A DNA stretch of 38,167 bases from Candidatus Hodarchaeota archaeon (GCA_016839815.1 JAEOTM010000037.1:1-38167), one strand, 5' to 3'; counted from the stretch's first letter, positions 29,898-38,167 are shown. Notes: generated by a model from the letters alone, not told the origin. Numbers and translations: made by a program.

Positions 29898-30221
29898 CTA
29901 CTCATCTGGTAGGGATAAAAGAGATGCAGTTCTCGAAACAGTGATCTGTGCGTCTCGTTTTCGCTGAATATCCTCCAATTTATCTAATAAGGAGGATTTG
30001 TTAAAATGTTGTTTGAAGCGGGAGTCAATGGAACCTAGCTTCTGCCAGGCTAGTTCAGGACTACGACCAAGATATTTCCATGAATACTTACCAGCACGTT
30101 TATCATCTAAACGAGCAGAGTGGTAAGTGACAAGCCACAAGTAGGGGCCGTGATAAACACCTTCATTACAGCGACAACCAGTTTTTCCGCACTTCTGCCA
30201 TTTTGCAAGAACAGAGACCAT
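29898..30221 (-). CDS. Small Cys/His Zn-finger protein (DUF6788-like)
   Basis: KCGKTGCRCNEGVYHGPYLW...WKYLG. Confidence 0.6.
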   Translation of the reverse strand: MVSVLAKWQKCGKTGCRCNEGVYHGPYLWLVTYHSARLDDKRAGKYSWKYLGRSPELAWQKLGSIDSRFKQHFNKSSLLDKLEDIQRKRDAQITVSRTASLLSLPDE

Positions 30222-30296
30222 AGTGGGTAGGGGATCTCTATGAAAATTTATAGCTTTCTTACCATATCACTAGTAAGGAAAAACACCACTAAATCC

Positions 30297-31478
30297 TTAA
30301 TCGTAAGCTTGATGCAATACCTCTAGAGCATCTTCATAATCTACTTCTTCAGGATTAAACGCAATAGCACCATCATTAATCGCATCCTGAGCAATAGTCT
30401 CAAACTTGCTGGAAGAAACCTTAGCTTCCTTCAATGTTTGTGGAAGAGAAACTAAGTTATTGAGAGATTCCTGTAAAGATTTAATGAATTCAATAGTAGC
30501 TGTGGGTAGATCAGCTTTAGGAATAGAAGAATAATGCTTAGGACCAGCAAGAGGGAGGAGAAGATTCCCAATAATATCACTTACTTTCTCAAGATTGTAT
30601 TTTAATCCATGAGGAAGAAAAATATTCATTGCTACACCATGTGGAACACCACAAACTCCACCAGTTGCATGACCTAAAGCATGTACCATTCCTGCAAGAG
30701 AATTTGATAACCCCACACCTGCAAGGAAGGCAGCAGTTGATAACGCAAAACGTCCCTTTGAATCCTTAGGTTTCTTTATGATTTGAAGTAAATGTTTACT
30801 TAAGATTTGAATTGCAGAAAAAGCAAAAGCACTTGAAATAGGATTTTTTTGCAGACAATATGATGATTCAATGGCGTGTGTTAAGGCATCCATTCCAGTA
30901 GCGGCAGTCATGAACGGCGGAAGTGTCAAAGTCATTCGAGGATCTAAAATAGCAACATCGGGGATTAAATGCTGACTTGAAAAACCCATTTTTATATTGC
31001 GATTTGAATCTCTGATAACCGCAACCCCAGTCGCCTCAGAACCCGTTCCACTTGTTGTAGGAACAACAATTAATGGTTTTAGGGGTGTTTTAATTATATC
31101 ACCTCCAACAAAATCAAAAATCGTTTCAGAGTTGTGTGTAACTAATATATTAACAGCTTTTGCAGTATCAATCACAGATCCTCCTCCCAAAGCGATTAAG
31201 GAATCACTTTTTGTTTCCCGATAAATTTCAGCCAATTCATTAACAACAATATCAGATGAATCTTGAGGTACATTATCGAAAAGTGAGAAAGCAATATCTG
31301 TCTCACCAAAGGCACTTTTAATATGTTTAATTAAACCTACTCTTTGAATCCCTTTGTCAGTAATAACGAACGGCTTTTTGGCTTGTAAATGCATCAATTC
31401 ATAAGGAATATTTTCTAAAGCATTAGTTCCAGCAAGGATCTTCACAGGATTATAAAATTCAAAATAGGAGGGGATCAT
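30297..31478 (-). CDS. Iron-containing alcohol dehydrogenase
   Basis: Motifs GGGSVID, PTTSGTGSE, DALTHAIE, HALGH and PHG. Confidence 0.93.
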   Translation of the reverse strand: MIPSYFEFYNPVKILAGTNALENIPYELMHLQAKKPFVITDKGIQRVGLIKHIKSAFGETDIAFSLFDNVPQDSSDIVVNELAEIYRETKSDSLIALGGGSVIDTAKAVNILVTHNSETIFDFVGGDIIKTPLKPLIVVPTTSGTGSEATGVAVIRDSNRNIKMGFSSQHLIPDVAILDPRMTLTLPPFMTAATGMDALTHAIESSYCLQKNPISSAFAFSAIQILSKHLLQIIKKPKDSKGRFALSTAAFLAGVGLSNSLAGMVHALGHATGGVCGVPHGVAMNIFLPHGLKYNLEKVSDIIGNLLLPLAGPKHYSSIPKADLPTATIEFIKSLQESLNNLVSLPQTLKEAKVSSSKFETIAQDAINDGAIAFNPEEVDYEDALEVLHQAYD

Positions 31479-31495
31479 TCATATCATCTCATCAT

Positions 31496-32038
31496 TCACA
31501 AACCAAAAGGAATTCCTAAAAGGATAATTCGGAGTCTTCCAATGTATCTTTTATAGAAGGAAATTTTAGGTAATCGCTTAACAACTCGTTTTGCTAGGAT
31601 ACGAGGATATAAATATACTTGAATGCGATTTAAAATACGAATTAAGGACAAAGCAATTGTTATATCACCTTTAAGAAACGCTCCGTGTTCTAAAAAGGCC
31701 TGAACGGCCCCTTTTTGGGATGTCATTAACAAAAACGCATATTCTATATTTTTAATATATATCGTCATATCAGGGACGTTTTCAGTATTTCTGCATCGTA
31801 TTAGGGTATTATTCTGTTTACACAAAATCAATGCTGGACCAGTGGGAAATATTTCATAAACAAGTGTGAAAGTCTCTGGCCAGTTGTGGAGTTCTTGTTG
31901 AATTATTTTATCAAATCGGGAGGCTGATTGAATAGATCGCCCAAGTATAAATAAAACAAATGTGACTATTCCTCGTTTCAGACGTTTCTGACTAGGAGAA
32001 ATTAGTTTGTACGTGGCAGCACTCATAATACCAGCCAA
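31496..32038 (-). CDS. Hypothetical protein, possibly SCP2-like lipid-binding fold
   Basis: Operonic with Fe-ADH. D.TIYIKN...AF.....LKGDI.IA resembles an SCP2 C-terminus. Confidence 0.5.
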   Translation of the reverse strand: MAGIMSAATYKLISPSQKRLKRGIVTFVLFILGRSIQSASRFDKIIQQELHNWPETFTLVYEIFPTGPALILCKQNNTLIRCRNTENVPDMTIYIKNIEYAFLLMTSQKGAVQAFLEHGAFLKGDITIALSLIRILNRIQVYLYPRILAKRVVKRLPKISFYKRYIGRLRIILLGIPFGL

Positions 32039-32041
32039 GGA

Positions 32042-32476
32042 TTACCCCTTGATCCATAGTTCTTGACGAGATATACCATTAGTAGCTATAATTGGAAGCA
32101 GGATTAGAACACCAGTAAGAGTATCAGTAAAAGCAATCAGAATATAGGCTGCTTCTATACCCTCAGTTAGCCAAAGAAGAAGAACTATTAAAGCAAAAGC
32201 GAGACGAACCATGGAAGAGCCAAATCCGATAAATAAATAGTTCGTAACATCATGAAAACATGCATACAAAAGATAATATCCTACGACAAGAAGAAACAAC
32301 CCACTACTATAGACAAACACCATAGTATTAGGTTTATTGATCTGAAAAATAGAAATCAATAAGTCTGGAACAATTATTACTCCTAACCCAAGAATAATAT
32401 CATAAATTCCTCCAATAAAATAGCCTATTCGTATGAATTTAGGATCAGTGAGTTTTAACACCAAAGTCCACCCCAA
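32042..32476 (-). CDS. Four-helix membrane protein, unknown function
   Basis: Four hydrophobic segments; stop 3 bp before the next start. Confidence 0.65.
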   Translation of the reverse strand: MGWTLVLKLTDPKFIRIGYFIGGIYDIILGLGVIIVPDLLISIFQINKPNTMVFVYSSGLFLLVVGYYLLYACFHDVTNYLFIGFGSSMVRLAFALIVLLLWLTEGIEAAYILIAFTDTLTGVLILLPIIATNGISRQELWIKG

Positions 32477-32554
32477 AAAAAAGAGAAATCAGTGCTTTTA
32501 AATTTTATTAGGAAAGGAGAACGAGAGGTATTAAGGCTACGAAAAGTGAATCAT

Positions 32555-32854
32555 TCAGTTTAAGGCTTTATAAAAAACCTTTGGCCGCCCTCTATGACGA
32601 CGATCTTCAGAATAACTAGCCACATATCCTTTAAGAATCAAACGAAGAAGACTGTCATAGAGAGTAGAACGAGCAATCCCTGTCAACGAAACAAGCTTCC
32701 CTCTAGTCAGAGGTCCTTGCTGTTCAAGAATGTCTAACACCTGACGATCCAAATCATGGACAATTGAAGGTTTATTATGTGATAGACTATGCCGACGATC
32801 AGATGATCCAACCTTGGGTTTACTGATTACGCGAAGTAACTGATTATTGGACAT
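32555..32854 (-). CDS. Winged helix-turn-helix DNA-binding protein (TrmB/ArsR-like)
   Basis: LTRGKLVSLTGIARSTLYDSLLRL...GRPKVFY. Start refined to ATG 32854; the ORF track gives 32911. Confidence 0.8.
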   Translation of the reverse strand: MSNNQLLRVISKPKVGSSDRRHSLSHNKPSIVHDLDRQVLDILEQQGPLTRGKLVSLTGIARSTLYDSLLRLILKGYVASYSEDRRHRGRPKVFYKALN

Positions 32855-33200
32855 GTGAGACACCGTAGAATACAAGAGGATGTGGAATCTACGACATATA
32901 AAACACCACAATATGTAGATTATACGAAGATATTTTCTGATACGAAGTTGATAATTGTGGGTTTAGCGAAATTTTCTGAGAAGGACTGACTTTTTAACTT
33001 TCAATTGATAAAATCAACAGTCACAATTATTGCAAATTCGATTGATAGGTCAAAAGAGGGGATTAAGGTCAGTTAAACTCCAACCAAGAAGTGATTTGTG
33101 TATCTTTCTAAGATATTGCTTAATTGATCAATTTTATAAGAAGAAATTATTTTAGAAAAGCTCTAGTTCGATTAAGTTAATTTAATTATAACTTAGTAGC

Positions 33201-33872
33201 TTAGAAAAATTCAGATAAAGTTTTCTTAGGTCTTTTCTTTTTTGCTGGTTTTATTGTTTCCGGCCCATTATCTCCTTTACTAGGTAAAGAATCAACAATC
33301 CAACTATTCATTTCACCTTCATAAGGTTTAAGCATTTCTGATAACTCTTCTTGAGTTTTTTCGTGATCAAGCCAATTAGCTACTTGTTTCTTATTGAGAA
33401 TTACTGGCATCCTATGAAAAATCTTCTCAACAACAGGATGAGGTTTTGTTGTCAAAACTGCACATTTATATTTCATTTTACTCTCCTCTTCACTGAAATA
33501 GGAATTATACACCCCAGCGATTCCGAATAGTGGCTCATTTTTTAAAGAGAAATAGTGTGGAATTCTTTCTTTTCCAGAATGTTCCCATTCAAAGAAGCCA
33601 TTTGCTAATATCACACAACGCTTTTCAATAAAGGCTTTCCTAAAAAGTTTTTTTTCATGAACAGTTTCACTTCTGGCTTTATATGATTGAAAGCCCTTTG
33701 TATAACCCCAATACATTCGTACTAGTTTGTAATCTTCTTCATTTACAATTCCAGTTGCTCTATTAGTTGGTTTTAAATTGTAATAAGGATAGATTTCAAT
33801 ATTCTCTGAAGAAACGCCAAAGAATGATCCGATCTCGTCTTTCGAGGAAAAAAAGGCAAATCTAGAAGGCAT
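33201..33872 (-). CDS. SRAP (SOS-response-associated peptidase; HMCES/YedK) family protein, non-canonical
   Basis: Family motifs YNLKPT, WG, ARSET, F..RC.I.ANGFFEW, AGVY and RMPVIL. The N-terminus is MPSRF rather than MCGRF. Confidence 0.9.
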   Translation of the reverse strand: MPSRFAFFSSKDEIGSFFGVSSENIEIYPYYNLKPTNRATGIVNEEDYKLVRMYWGYTKGFQSYKARSETVHEKKLFRKAFIEKRCVILANGFFEWEHSGKERIPHYFSLKNEPLFGIAGVYNSYFSEEESKMKYKCAVLTTKPHPVVEKIFHRMPVILNKKQVANWLDHEKTQEELSEMLKPYEGEMNSWIVDSLPSKGDNGPETIKPAKKKRPKKTLSEFF

Positions 33873-34039
33873 ACGATTAGATTTGGTACCAGTTTTAAAA
33901 AAATGTTCTACGAAACCTAAAATGGTAAAAAAATCTTAAAACTGAACATTTTTCAAAGGATAAAAGCAAATCCATCAAAGATCCTCATATTAGGACAACT
34001 AGATAGCGACTCTTGTCCTGAAAGAATGAAGGACAAATC

Positions 34040-34522
34040 TTACATTATAATTTTAGGTAGATGATTAACCTTTTTACTATTAATGCGATATTCGAGAGGT
34101 GTGACGCCCTCTTGACGTTCTACAAAGCCTGATTCTACCAAGCGATTTAAATTTGTCTGGATTGTAGAAATACCAATATCTTCCTTCAAATAATGAGTGT
34201 AAAGTTCCTGGATTTCACGGGCTGTCAAGAAATTTGGATTAGCTCGATTATAGACAATAGATAAGATCCGTTCTTTCTTGGTCTCTAGATCCGATAATGA
34301 AACTACTTCAGGTAGAGTTGGAGATTCAAAGATAGATTCAGTTTGAGGCTCATTTTGAAGGAGTAAAGATTCGAGAAGATCATCTATTTGCTTCTGTTGG
34401 TTTCGAGATAATTCTAAGTATCCTTCAACCAATGTATGAAGCGGTCCAAGACGTATCTTGCGATCAAACGCGATAGTTATCTTATCATTGTTTGCAGTTA
34501 TTTTAGAACCTGTTTCACGCAT
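34040..34522 (-). CDS. Protein with C-terminal winged-helix domain
   Basis: KERILSIV...LTAREIQELY...ISTIQTNLNRLVESGFVER...EYRI. Confidence 0.7.
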   Translation of the reverse strand: MRETGSKITANNDKITIAFDRKIRLGPLHTLVEGYLELSRNQQKQIDDLLESLLLQNEPQTESIFESPTLPEVVSLSDLETKKERILSIVYNRANPNFLTAREIQELYTHYLKEDIGISTIQTNLNRLVESGFVERQEGVTPLEYRINSKKVNHLPKIIM

Positions 34523-35355
34523 AATTTCTACACGTCACTTGATAAAAGATTGAATAGTAATTAGTAGATAAGTTCATTTGAACTAATCTTTCACAACTAG
34601 TCATAAGATATTCACTCTAATAAAGATTAATTAATATCTCTATAATACAAAACACGGGTTCTACCGACAAAAACCTTAATGGAATATTCACATGTGAAAA
34701 ACCATTCACTTGTGAAGCTTATTTTACATAAATCATAGTGAAATGAAAAATATCGGAGGAATTAGGAATTAATGAGTTAAAAATCCTTTGATTAGTAAAA
34801 TGAGACAAAAAAAGTCATTAATTTTGTAATCAACTGAAATCTCCTATTTTTTCATACGTTATGAAATAACGAGTTGTGAAAAGGAATAATACTCCTCATA
34901 AGAAAAGACTGTAAAGTTGCAGTGGAAACAAGGGGGGTGAAAATGTACAATGTGAAAACAGAAAAAAAGATGGTTAAAGGAAAGTAACTTGGTTAATTGA
35001 GGAAATATAAAAATCTTTGTCTTTAAATTTATAGTAAAAAGAAATCCTCTTGTAAAATCTAATATTAAAGCAAAAACGCCTTTTTTGACCTCAATTTCCA
35101 GTGAAAGAAAAACATGGAAAATGACCTAGATTTGTGAAACATACACTTACATGGAAAAAATATTACCAAAAAAATGTGAAACGAATTTCTCTAAGAATCT
35201 CTTATCCTTGCTCATGTCCAAAGGATGAAATTCTTTCTCTCAACACAAGGAATTCCAAGAATACCTTGCATAATATTGAGCTCATACTGAAAATCTTAAA
35301 AAACCTGAACACCTAAATTACATAAATCAGTTTCATAAAGAGCTGACATCAAGAA
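34523..35355. other. Putative chromosomal replication origin (oriC)
   Basis: Longest intergenic region in the window, AT-rich, with a near-canonical ORB, many TGTGAA/TGGAAA/AGTGAAA half-sites, a gene-orientation switch, and cdc6 about 5 kb away. Confidence 0.7.
34916..34938 (+). promoter_or_regulatory. Origin recognition box (ORB) with G-string
   Basis: GTTGCAGTGGAAACAAGGGGGGT versus the archaeal ORB consensus of roughly GTTCCAGTGGAAAC-AAAGGGG. Confidence 0.78.
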
Positions 35356-35655
35356 ATGACCCGTTATATGGATGAAACGCTAGTAGTCGAACCAGAAGAG
35401 GAACAACCAATTGAAAGTCATCCTCAAGAATCTATCTCTAGTTTTACAAATCAAACCGACTTAAAAGTGTTTAATGCATTAAAAGAACACCAACCAGCCA
35501 CACGGATGGATCTGTGTGATAAAACGGGAATAGCACGGACTACAATCTATGATGCACTAACACGACTCATGGTTTTGAAAGTCGTTACAAAATATTCACC
35601 CCCAGTCTCCAAGAAAGGTCGTCCTAAAGTCTTTTACCGAACTATTTCGGAATAA
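35356..35655 (+). CDS. Winged helix-turn-helix DNA-binding protein, paralogue of 32555-32854
   Basis: ATRMDLCDKTGIARTTIYDALTRL...GRPKVFY. Confidence 0.8.
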   Translation: MTRYMDETLVVEPEEEQPIESHPQESISSFTNQTDLKVFNALKEHQPATRMDLCDKTGIARTTIYDALTRLMVLKVVTKYSPPVSKKGRPKVFYRTISE

Positions 35656-35837
35656 CCTCTTTTCTTACAAATTATTTCGACCATACAATAAGTAGCATCT
35701 CTTTACGAGAGATTTTGCTTGTGTGTGGATAAGGATTCATCTTTTCACTATATAGTGCACAAGGGAAATTGTACGAAGATTTAATAAAGAATACAAGCTA
35801 TTAGTATTCAATTTTTATGAATTAATAATGTTGGTAG

Positions 35838-37541
35838 ATGAAGATGAAGAAGAAGAAGTATAAAAAATCATCATTGAGTTGGGGAGTAGTAGGGATCACC
35901 CTCATATTCGTTTCATGCTTAACAAACCCTGCATCAGGAAAGGAAGGACTAGTGAGAAGTATTACTGTAGAAAGTAATACTCAACATGATTTTGAAAGTG
36001 TCGCGGGTTCACGATTACTGGGAGACGTTTCTCAAAGTGTTATCATAGGACATCCCCATCCAGATCGAGAGATACGAATAATCTTTGGTTCATATAGTAC
36101 ATCTAATAGCGATCTCACCGTATTGAAACATTGGGGTGATCGCTTCAATTTCGTATTAGAAGGAACATATACCTATGCTGTTCAAGGACTCACTCCTTTG
36201 CTCTGTTATGATTTCGATGGTGATAGAGAGGAAGAAATTTTGGTCAGTACAGGCGTTCCCAGTCAGATGTTATTTCTAAGATGGAATGGAACAGGTTACT
36301 ATCCGATTTGGCAGAATATTAGTTCACAAATTCCTTATCAGCATCAGGCACAAGCACAAGACATTGATAACGACGGGTTACCAGAATTAATCACATGTAA
36401 TTGGGCTGGGACAAATATCTATTCATGGGACGCCAATTTTACTAATTTCAGATTGGTTTATACAATTCCACATGGAGGGGGCCTTTATGCCCATGTAACC
36501 CAAATTGGTATTGGTGATATTGACAATGATAATGATCAGGAAATCATTTTAAGTGCTTATTCCGATCTAGATAATAAGTCAATACGTTTTTGGGGATTTG
36601 ACGGAAGTAATTACACGGAAGAATTCTCAGCTTATTATCCTGACTATTCATATGGATTTAGTACAACTACCGTTGTAGATATAGATTCAGACGGTCAAAT
36701 GGAAGCAATAGCAGGGACTCTACCTGAGTATGGAAATTTTGACACCGAGAGTTTTCCTATTGTACTACTGAAATGGAATGGTTCATATCTAGAACCAACA
36801 ACGATCTTTATGGATATTAATCCCCATTTACAACTTAGAGCAGCAGATATCGATGAAGATGGAGACCCAGAGGTACTAGTTGACCAGAATGGAGGATGGG
36901 CGTCACTTGTAGAAGTAGATAAAACAGGAGAAGTGATTGGAATGCAAACGAATTTTTTCTGTGTAGGAACTATAGAATTTTATGACTTTGATCTTGACGG
37001 AGTTTTAGAAATATTATCTCCAGCCCATGTGAGCGGATCAGATTATAATTTAGTTCTTCGAGACCGATATGCATTCATCATCCACGATACTCGTATTCCA
37101 TATGTCGAAAAAATAGTTTATCATCCAGCAGATCCTAAATTAGGAGACAGTGTAATAATGGAAGCCACAATCACAGATGAATCAGGAGTAGCAGAAGCAA
37201 ACATTACTTATCGTCTGAACGGAGGACTATGGATAACAGAACCATTGCTGCATTCTTATCTCGATGTGTACGTACATCATTTTGGAGTATTCACTAAACC
37301 AACACTGATAGAATACTACATTACTGCTGTGGATATTTCTCCCAACCAGAATACACGGATAGATGATAATAATGGACAATATTATCGCATAACACTAGAG
37401 GGAGATGAGACATCTACTACTACAGATATAACCACAACTACAGGTCAAAAAATTACCCCCTCAGTAGAGATTTCATTCCTAATAACAAGCCTGATTATTC
37501 TAATTATCGGTAGAAGAAAAAAACCAAGAGATAGACACTAA
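35838..37541 (+). CDS. Secreted, membrane-anchored FG-GAP/VCBS-repeat beta-propeller protein with Ig-like domain
   Basis: Signal peptide; six D[FI]DxDxxxE repeats; Ig-like segment; Thr-rich linker, TM helix and basic tail. Confidence 0.8.
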   Translation: MKMKKKKYKKSSLSWGVVGITLIFVSCLTNPASGKEGLVRSITVESNTQHDFESVAGSRLLGDVSQSVIIGHPHPDREIRIIFGSYSTSNSDLTVLKHWGDRFNFVLEGTYTYAVQGLTPLLCYDFDGDREEEILVSTGVPSQMLFLRWNGTGYYPIWQNISSQIPYQHQAQAQDIDNDGLPELITCNWAGTNIYSWDANFTNFRLVYTIPHGGGLYAHVTQIGIGDIDNDNDQEIILSAYSDLDNKSIRFWGFDGSNYTEEFSAYYPDYSYGFSTTTVVDIDSDGQMEAIAGTLPEYGNFDTESFPIVLLKWNGSYLEPTTIFMDINPHLQLRAADIDEDGDPEVLVDQNGGWASLVEVDKTGEVIGMQTNFFCVGTIEFYDFDLDGVLEILSPAHVSGSDYNLVLRDRYAFIIHDTRIPYVEKIVYHPADPKLGDSVIMEATITDESGVAEANITYRLNGGLWITEPLLHSYLDVYVHHFGVFTKPTLIEYYITAVDISPNQNTRIDDNNGQYYRITLEGDETSTTTDITTTTGQKITPSVEISFLITSLIILIIGRRKKPRDRH

Positions 37542-38167
37542 ACTCTTTTTACAACAGTATAGATGAAATGATCCTTCTGGATAAGAGTATCAATTTTCCA
37601 AGAGTCTGAACTGGCAATAAGTGCAGAAAACTCATCTCTGGTGGGCATATAAAACGGCATCCAGGGTGTTCGAGATTTACGATAGAGTATTCTGATTTGA
37701 GCCTGACCAACAGGTAAACCTTTATTCCGATTCTGAGTATGATATTCACGATGGATAGGATCTAACGATTGATCATCAGGAGAGGGATCTCTGAAATGTG
37801 CAATAAGACAAGCATTTGGGGTAGCAATGGAAGCAAGATAAGTTAAAACCTTTTTTGCAGTTTGAGGATCACCACATAGAGAAAAATTATTGCCCATAAA
37901 TAAAAAGGTTCCAAACGTTCGATTAAAAGGTGGAAAATCTTTAATATTATAACAAACAGTATTAATAATTCCCCTGTGTTTTGCTACATCTAAAGCTCCA
38001 GGAGAAACATCTAGAGCGACAACGTCAAATCCTTTCTTTTGAAAATATAGAGAATGTCGTCCAGCACCACACCCAACATCCAAAATCGGAGAGATAGCAT
38101 GATTCAGAATAGTTTGCTCCTCTGAAGGCCAGTCAACATATGTTGAAAAATATCCAGAAGTATCATC
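37538..38167 (-). CDS. Class I SAM-dependent methyltransferase (5' end beyond the window)
   Basis: ILDVGCGAGRH, ALDVSPGA. The frame stays open from 38083 to the window edge. Confidence 0.85.
   Translation of the reverse strand, partial: DDTSGYFSTYVDWPSEEQTILNHAISPILDVGCGAGRHSLYFQKKGFDVVALDVSPGALDVAKHRGIINTVCYNIKDFPPFNRTFGTFLFMGNNFSLCGDPQTAKKVLTYLASIATPNACLIAHFRDPSPDDQSLDPIHREYHTQNRNKGLPVGQAQIRILYRKSRTPWMPFYMPTRDEFSALIASSDSWKIDTLIQKDHFIYTVVKRV

Noticed and set aside
34680-35190. Repeated TGTGAA boxes as a CRISPR array
   Set aside because: The repeats are short, degenerate and irregularly spaced, with no cas genes; an origin fits better.
35134-35316. 60-aa ORF inside the putative origin
   Set aside because: No motif, and it overlaps ORB-like repeats; probably spurious.
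29898-35655. Integrated mobile element or provirus
   Set aside because: No integrase, transposase, att-like direct repeats or tRNA target seen.

Overview
AT-rich archaeal chromosomal segment, most consistent with an Asgard archaeon of Heimdallarchaeia type. This taxonomy is an inference from the unsplit RpoB, eukaryote-like STT3 motifs, a TPR protein and an FG-GAP surface protein. The window opens with a polyamine/agmatine cluster (agmatinase, PLP fold-III decarboxylase, deoxyhypusine synthase, TiaS). A reshuffled translation/transcription cluster follows (EMC3-like, eL34, Cren7-like, TruD, uL11, uL1, eL39, eL31, aIF6, eL20, prefoldin, FtsY, uL10, Spt5, SecE, RpoB), then ValRS, AglB/STT3, PolD DP1 convergent with Orc1/Cdc6, and an Fe-ADH cassette. 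The most striking part is 32.5-35.7 kb: an ~830-bp AT-rich intergenic region with a near-canonical ORB and many ORB-like half-sites (putative oriC). It is surrounded by three winged-helix genes, two of them close paralogues, and by a non-canonical SRAP/HMCES homologue. That SRAP has Pro2 instead of the catalytic Cys2 and a C-terminal PIP-box-like motif. No rRNA, tRNA, CRISPR array or transposase was recognised.
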